Translations under genes and position numbers: made by a program
Notes under the pieces: model-generated
Database searches by the model: none
Seen by the model: the letters and a program-made list of their open reading frames with translations, nothing else
What the model was told of the DNA's origin: nothing
From: an uncultured Clostridia bacterium
GTDB lineage: Bacteria; Bacillota; Clostridia; Christensenellales; CAG-917
NCBI GenBank assembly: GCA_963532875.1
Contig: CAUSLO010000001.1
Location: 17,867 to 81,866, forward strand
DNA length: 64,000 nucleotides
Direction of reading: 5' to 3'
Part shown: positions 30,501 to 39,500 of the stretch, piece after piece
Layout of the letters: each line of letters opens with the position of its first letter
How positions within the stretch are numbered: position 1 is the stretch's first letter

Positions 30501-33500
30501 AGGTAAGATTTATAGCGATAACAGCGGAGCAACAGAATGGGATAAAGTAAGTCCAAGCATTGATGAAATCAAGGCAGGCACAGCAAAAGTATACAAGATG
30601 GTATCAGACTTCATCGGATATAAGTCAATCGCAGAATTGAACTTACAAGATATCTTAACAAATGTAGAAAAAAAGACATTTGAAGCAAAAGATATATTAG
30701 ACAAGGTTACACTTAACAGTATTGAGATGAGCACACAAATGAACCTAACGGCTTCATTGGAAGGAATCATTAACTATACAAAACAAATGTCTGAGTTCGT
30801 TAATAGTTCAGCACAATCATATTTGATGGCATTAATTGCTGGCTTAAGTTCATCATTAGACAAGTCAGAAAAGATTAAATTTGATATTGTTGCAGAAATT
30901 AAAGCATGGCTTAATATGAGAAAGTTCCTAAGTGAAAAGGATATCTTAGATAAACTTGAAGGAGCAAAAGTTGCATTGAATTTGGCAGTTACTCACAAGA
31001 TAACTTCGGCAACAGAGAAGACTACAAATATTAAGATGTATGCAGAAATCAATAACGGATTCTTAGAAGGCTTCCTTGACTTCAGCAATATCAATTTAGG
31101 GACAACTGGCAATTTCTTAGCACAAAAGATTAAAGTAAAATTGAATTTAACTAAGTTGTTCAAGAAGAATACATATGCTAGCGGAACTTCATATATTGCA
31201 CGTTCAACTTCTGGAGATGAAGAGAATAGCGGAATTCTACCAGCAAAATTAACAAGTCTATTAAATATCTTGATTGGAAAGATTTTAGTAACAAATGACT
31301 TATTCTCAGTTGGATTTAATCCAAATATTATCTCATCTTTGGTTAAGAAATTTGCCCCAGAACTAGCAGATGATCCAGAGACAAACAGATTATTAGGATA
31401 TCTACCAAAACTAAGAGAGACGCTTGATAACACTAATAGTGCAATCAATGCAGACTTCAGTCAATATAGACCAAAGTTTGGAATGAAGATTGGCGTTGAA
31501 GCAGATCAAGAGTTCTTCGTAACGAAAGAGGAATATAAGAATAACAAGTTAAAGATTAATAAATCTGGAACTGATTGGAATGTAGCAGATGGAACATATA
31601 ATAAAGTTGGAGACAAGTTTGTATTTGCTGGGACATCAGGCACACACGTTTTAGTTTCAAATAGTAAATACGCATTGATAAGTTATGCATATCCAAATAA
31701 ACCATGGACTGGAGATAAGTACAAGAACGTAAACGGTAACTTCGTACAAGATTCATCTGGTAAATATTTGATGTTAGGAGACATTGATGTTTCAATCAAC
31801 TTTGGTGATATTTCATTGAAGTATGATCAAGCATTTAGTGAAACAAAACCTAACGCAGTAGAATATAAAGAGCTAACAGATCAAAAACTTAATGTTGACA
31901 TGAGTGTGGACTTTGCATTCTCAGGAAAGAACGTTCCAGGACAAGATGAAGTCGACTTTGGACCTTTACTAGATCGTATCATGGAAGTTATAGCACCGAA
32001 ATCAAGTGCAAGAAATAAATTGAAACTAAAGATACAAGAAACATTAGGTAAAGATGATAAGCAAGTCGGAAACATTAGTGTATATGGATATGTTGATATA
32101 AATAACTTTGCAAATACACAATTAAGAATAACTGTAAGCAAATATAAAGATGATGGTCAACTTGATGAAATCGTTAGAATGTACTACTACGATGACTCAC
32201 TATTTGTTGATACATCAAGATTCTTTGGTAATGCAGGAAGAATGGCATTTACAAATCTAGGAGTTACAGAAAAACTTGATGAAGCAGTTGGCAAGATTAT
32301 AAAGAAAGCAAACGATTCACTAAAGACGACAGCATCAGTATTTGAATTTGAAAATAATCCACATTCCGGAACTGGAACATTTGATTATCCATACTTAATG
32401 ATGTTGACAAAACCACAAGTATTTATAACACAACTTAATGCATTGTTAATTAACGCATTATACAGAAAGATAATGCAAATGCGTGGAAAACCAACAGTTG
32501 ATAACTACATCCCAGACATTGGATCAATCTTGATAAAAGGAACAGGAACAGATGAGCACGGCAACGCACAACTTGGTGGAAAACTCCAATTGAAATTAAC
32601 AGATTCAATCATGATGGGCTTATCAACAAAGACATTAGCAGTCAATAGTGGATATCAAGATAAATTATCAGGAACAGAGCCAAGCGACTTGCTAGAAGAA
32701 ACCACAAGCTTTGCAGAAGCAACAGATGGATTGGATAAGGTATCAAAAGTAATACGTAGCAAGAAAGATGGTGATACAGTAGCAAACTTTGATAAGTTGT
32801 ACAAGAGAAGATATAGAAAAGTATTGGATTTCAAACAAATTGAAGACAAGAAGATTGATATCAAAACATTGTCTGCAAAATTCAACGCATCAATGGAATT
32901 AGATTTCACAGGACTTACTGAATCAGCCCCTGGATACGCAACATCATTTAATAAGTGGTTGGTAGAGTTGGTACGTAGTCTAGTTGATGGAAAGGATATG
33001 TTTGGTAAATATGTACCAATTGCAGATCAAGATGAATTTAATCAAATAAAGAACAGCAAGGTTAAAATCTTTGAAAAAGACGGAGATGGATATAAAGAAG
33101 TAGTTAAAGATGATAGTCTCGCATTTGTAGCAGGTAAGTACTTCAAGTTTGATGCATTCAAGTTATCTTTAATATCTAATAGACAGAGAGTAAATCTAAA
33201 TGTTCAAGTAAAGGCTGATATCAACTTACCAGCAGTATTACAAAACGGATTAAGTGGATTGTTATATTCTGACTTTGAGATGACAGTATCTTTGGCACAA
33301 CCACAAAATCATCAACTAGTAAAGCTTACATACCTAGGATCTTCAAAATTAAAGAAGGGAACGGCGTCTGGTTATGATAATCAGTATTACCTAGATGAAA
33401 ATGACCTAGCAGTTGGCGAGAAGAGAATATTCTCTGATGCATTATATATTGACGCAAGTGGACTTGGTCTAGGCAAGATCAAGTTCCAAGGTGTAACTGG

Positions 33501-36500
33501 ATTACTAGGTGGAAAGCAATTAAGACAAGCAGGAACAACTGCACCAAAACAATTAAAAGATCACGGTGCACTATTAATTGATATCTTACTCTCAAAGAAT
33601 AGATTTGGTATCAGTTTGTCAAAGTCAGTTGTTGAATTTGCACTTGATATATTGGGTGTTTCATTACCATTTAACTTACCACCAATTCAAAATATTCGTC
33701 TTGATGTTGAGTATCAATCAAATGGTATTAAGAGCATGAAGATAGAGTCAAAACTTGACGACCAAGGTGCAAGAGTAAAACTATCTGCAGAGGACATCGA
33801 CTTCAAACTAGAAGAAAGACTACTCGACGTTAAAGAATTAACAAAACAAGTCAAAGCAGGCTACGCAGGATTAACCTTCTCAAAAACAGCAGGTATAGGT
33901 TCACTAATCCAAAACGTAATTGACAACATAAATCCATCAGTATCAGTAGCACTAGAAAAGAGATCAGCATATACTACTGCACTTGGCATATCGTGGGGTA
34001 AGTGGCAAGTAGGAGGAGGTTATGCTGGAACACTTGCAGTAATGAAAATTAGTAGAGAAAAAATGAAGTTGGGAACATACAATGAAATTAATGGTTCTGA
34101 TATTACAAGGTTGAAAGTAACTGTAGCAGCTACACATCAACTAGGATATATTAATATGGGTAGAACTAATAATCCAAGTGGGCTAGATGTTGGTGTTACT
34201 GGTAATAATATATATCTCACACATATCAACGTATTGGCTGGCTTTGGATCAAATTTGGATGCTGTAAAAAAACAATTAAATGTTGTCGCAATAGAAGGCA
34301 AGTCGGGGCAACCATTATTAGGTATGGTTAAAGGTGATGATGGTGATGATAGAGATTTCGCATATCCTACAAATGAAACAAATAAAATCAAGTCAGGTTG
34401 GTCAACTGCTAAAAAAGTAGGTAGGGAGTATACTACACCAACATTAGATGAATTAAAAAATGACCCAGAACGCAAATACTCATATACACCAAGATTAAGA
34501 AACCTTATTAAAGACGTTAAGTTAAATATGTTTACCGATATTGGATATAACCCAAATATTAATGGCAGAAAAGTAGACAGTAATGATGGGGGCAAAAGTG
34601 CAAGATTTTCATTAGATGTAACAATGGACAGAGATGCATACAATGAACTTGTTTTAAAAGTTACAACGTTGTTATTGAATATTGTAAGAGAGGCTTTAGA
34701 TAGTGATCCTAATGATTACAGATATATAACACATTGGTCAGCAATGCGAGGCACAGATTATACAGATGATAATGATGTAACAAGTGATGGAAAAACTGGA
34801 GCATTTATAGGCTATAAATATTATCAAGATGTAAGTCGATACGATGGGAATTACACAATTACAAGATTATTAAGAGATTTTGATTCACTTGTGGTTGACG
34901 GGAAAAATACCAGAGAGTTGGTTGAATGGCTTAATGATTATTTGCCATCAATGACTCGAATGTTTGAATTGTTCGTAACATATGCGAATGCACACTTGAA
35001 CAAGCGTTTGTATGGTATTATTATGACAGGTTTTTGGAAAAATCTGGCGAATTTGGCAAATTTAGTAAATGCATTCTTACCATTACCATTTGCAAGTTAT
35101 AGCAATATAAATGGCTTTAATGCTGACCCTAAACTTAAGTTATATATGGATATGGTTCCAGATTTTAGCAAATATCATTTAAATTCTACGGTAAATCAAA
35201 TTTATCCAGGTATTCAATCAATAGAATTGCTCGTTAATGCTGAAAAATGGGATAATGGCACAGATATCCGATATACATTTGAAAAGAACCCAAATGAGAG
35301 TCATGGAAGTTTCCATGTAAATCAAAAGGCTACTGAAACTACAAATGATCATGAACATGCATTTAATCATATGTTGATGCGTATTATGCCAAATGCCCTA
35401 ACTGATGCTGGACGAGATGGAATTATTAAAAGGTTGAATGTTTCTGGTAATAATAAGAATAAAATGGTTTCATTCCATGAGTCTGAAAAAATTAAAGATA
35501 TGGTTGGATCAAACACAAATGTTCCAACTGAAATAGAAATTACAGACCCTGCACGACGTTCGGGAACAATGCTGGTAAATGGAGTAAAAGCACCAATTGA
35601 ACTACGTGATTCATTCTTAAGCAATCCAAATAATTTACCACAATATGTAAACTTACAATATGTTGATAAGTATCAAACAGACACTATTGGTAACCCAGGG
35701 GCACAATATTCTAACGGTAGAGGAACAAGTATTGTTTGGGATGCATCATCAATTGATTTCACACCAAAGAAAACATCTGAACAAAATCGAGTACTTGTTG
35801 GATACCTATATGGATACGCATTAAATAGTGTAGTAGCAGCCGTACCAGTATATGTTACTGATACTTTTGAACTTAAGACAGTTGAAGAGGTCTATAAGAG
35901 TGGCAATAAATTCAAGACACGTGATTTGGGAATTGATATTGCTTCTCAATCAAAGACATATCAAAATACATTGCCTCAATTAGTATCTATGACATTTAAA
36001 CAAGGTGGAACATATACGTTTGGTACTGCGTTGAAATTAAAGAATGGCAAGATGGCTAAGGCAATTAGGTATAAGGATGGAAGTCCAGTTAAACTTGGCA
36101 AGAAGCCAGATGGCACACAAATTCTAAATGAAGATAAAAATGAATATGAGTTAATGCCTGCATATGAGGCTGGATTAATTCCAGATGGCGATGATTACCA
36201 GATGGATAACTTAGTCCTCGATGATGAAGGAAAACCAAAATACTACAAACTAGACATGAGTCAAATCCCTACAAAATCCGCTAGACCAATAGGGACTATC
36301 GAGTGGGATTACAAGAAGTTTAAATATGAGTGGAAGGAAACTGAACTTACAATTCCATTTAAATATCAATGGGGTGCATCAAGTATAATAAGTGGACAAG
36401 TTAAAGTTCCAGTTAAGAACTACAATGTTGAAGAGGTTAAAAAATTAGTTAATAAGGCAAATAATAAGAAATATAAATCGCTGACATTTGATTCGTTAAA

Positions 36501-39500
36501 GGAAATGCCGGGTAACTTGTATGAATTTATCAATCAATTAGATCAACTTGAAACTAACGTAGGTAAATTTGATGTTAAATGGGATCTTGAGAACTTAAAG
36601 AAGCGTTTAGAAGAGATTGCAGTACGTGATAGTGCTGGTAACATTACTGGATATGAATACTATAAAGGAATTGACTTAAAGTTAACAGCATACATTGGTG
36701 GAAATAACTTTAAGGCAAGAAAGACTCTAAATGAATTAACAGGTTTATTTGCACACGGATTCTCAGGCAAGGGCGATACAACATCACTTTATACAAATAA
36801 TGGAACAGAAATTGATTACGAAAAGGGATACTATGTTGCACAAAAAGTAGAGATTCCATTAAAGGTCTTAGGATCAGTATATAGTGGCACGAAGAACAAG
36901 TTAGAGTATGACCCATATGCAAATAAAGAACTCAATGATTCAACATTTGCAGATGAGAAGTTGAAGATCGACTTTGTAGGAAAGGATAAGACAATAGGCT
37001 TAAAGCCAGAACAATATGATATTAGTGCACCATATATTTGGAATTATGGAATGGGTAGATATGAAGCATACACATTAACAGACCCAATCACATACGAAGG
37101 ATTTGATGTAACTAAATTGTATGCAAAAGTTACAATTAAAACTCCAAAATTATTAAGTCATGATGGAACAACAGCATCAAATGTTGCAAATCAAACTGTA
37201 TACTTGCCAATCAATGTATTGAAAATGAAGGCAAAAACAATAAATTACAAGTTGAAAAATGCACTTGATGAAGAATGGTACAAATCAGTATCTAAATTCA
37301 CGAACGTATCATTTGAAGGCAACAAGAAACAACATGATGTAATTCCTGATTGGTCAAAGGGTGTTAAATACTATAAAGATAAGTCAATGACTGTTTTGGC
37401 AGAAGATATCTTTGAAGGTGGCACATATTACTTGAAAGTCCCAGGAGAGGTACAAAATAATTTGGGTCAAAGCATGGGAACAGCAAATGGAACAGTAGAG
37501 AAGCAAATCTTTACAGTTGAATTGAAAGTTGACAAACCAAAGATTTCACAAATTAAGTTCTACAAGAAAGATATTTACTATAACCAAGAATACCAGACAA
37601 TTGCAGAGACTGAACTTAAGAATCCAGCGAATTATGTTGAACAGTATGCCGGCTTTGAATCAACAGGAAAGTTAAATCCTAGTGAATACTTGAAACACAA
37701 CTCAGATTACTTAAAGACTGGGGAATATGGGAACTTCAGAGAAGGAACACCTGTTTTAGCAACATTAGAAAATGGTGAGTCATCAATTACATATGTTAAG
37801 GCATTTGACTTATCTAAGTTTAAATTGAACGAAGCAGTTACGAAGTTGGGAGTTAAACTTGGCAACATAGTTACAGAAGTTGATGTAAATGTTCTATCTA
37901 CAACAATTGATGACATCAACATATCATCTGCTTGTTTAACAAAGGTAGGAACATTTGAGTATAACTATGATGTACAACAAAACTGGAACTTACCAAGCAA
38001 TGTAGATTTAGTAACATCAGATATGACATATACAAATACATCTATAGTTTGGGATAAGATATATCCTGGAAGTCTCGCAATGTCAAATGATATTCAAGAT
38101 GGCAAATTCGTACGAAAAGCAACTATATTTGCTGGCACTGAGATTGAACAAGTAAAGGATGTAACATTTAACATCACCAACCAAGTTGGACACGACATAA
38201 TTGAATTCACACTAAAAGGAATTGAAAAGGACGGAGACAAGTATATATATAACGCATTCAGTAGTGATCCAGTCCCAAGTAAAGCTGACGTAGTAGTTGA
38301 TGACGGTTCCAACACAACAATAACAGATGTTGATGTAACATTTAGAGAAAACTTTAGACCTACATATGAAGAAATCAGAAATGGTCAATTTACTAGAAAA
38401 GCAACATTCTTTGGTGACAAATTTGTTGATTTAACATTTGAAGTAATCGGCGGACAAAATATTAGCATTGACGGATTGGTTGATACGAAATATCAAATAA
38501 GTGCTGATGATTTCTATAAAGGTTTAAACAAGAAGGCAACAGTTAATGTTGGAGGAGTTCAAGCAGAAGGAACAGTCGAATGGTACTATACAAACGGCAG
38601 AACTGTTGATGAGGTTTGTGCACTAAACGATGATGAATTAAAGGCATCAAAGGTTACATATACACAAGACGGATTACCAGAAACTGAAGTATTTGCAATG
38701 GTTAAGATTAACAATGATAAGCATTGCTTGTATGGAATTAAACTAACAGTTGCAAAGGCTGAAAAATCACCACAATTAACACGTACAGTAATGTTTGATA
38801 CATTTGGTCAAGATGCGAATGCTGAATTGAAGAATATTGATGGTGAAGCAGTTGATGTAGAAGTTAAGGTAGGAAACAGTGTTTATAATGTAAGAGTAAA
38901 ATACAAAGTACCAGAAACTATTGAAAAAGACTTTAATAAAGTTAGTGGTAAGGATGTTGAGTTCACATTTACATGTGTAAATCCAGACTACAAAGCTAAC
39001 AGCACAAACCATGTACTATTCAAAGGCTCTGTATACATCATGGATAGAAGAGCATCTGAAATCAAAGATGACAAATATAAATCATTAACAATTGACCCTA
39101 CAATGATTTCAAAGATGGCAGATTTGAATCTCCCAAATAAAGTATTAGTAGAAACAAGAGAAGGACAACCAGTAGAGATGTTAATAGAATGGCCTTCAGA
39201 TTCAAATATCACTATTGATGGTGGTGATTATAATGATGCAGAAGGAAGAGTAAGCCTATATAGAGAAACAAGTATCGGATTATACTGCTATGAACTTGTA
39301 AATAAAGAATACAAATACATGTTGGTATCTGAATATGAAGAACTTCAAAAGAAGAACAACCCAAATTATGTGTACACAGGAAGAAGATTTGCTAAATATT
39401 CATCAAGCATTAATATCCCAACAACTGTATTAAGAAGAAGAGTTTTAAATTCTACATTTGTATTACCAGGATATACATTCATATACGAAACTAAAGAGGG

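Noticed and set aside
35350-35370. HEHAFNH in the central segment of the giant protein, considered as a possible zinc-metalloprotease site.
   Set aside because: It does not fit HExxH: the His residues are at i, i+2 and i+6. No downstream third-ligand motif is recognisable, so there is no support for a protease call.
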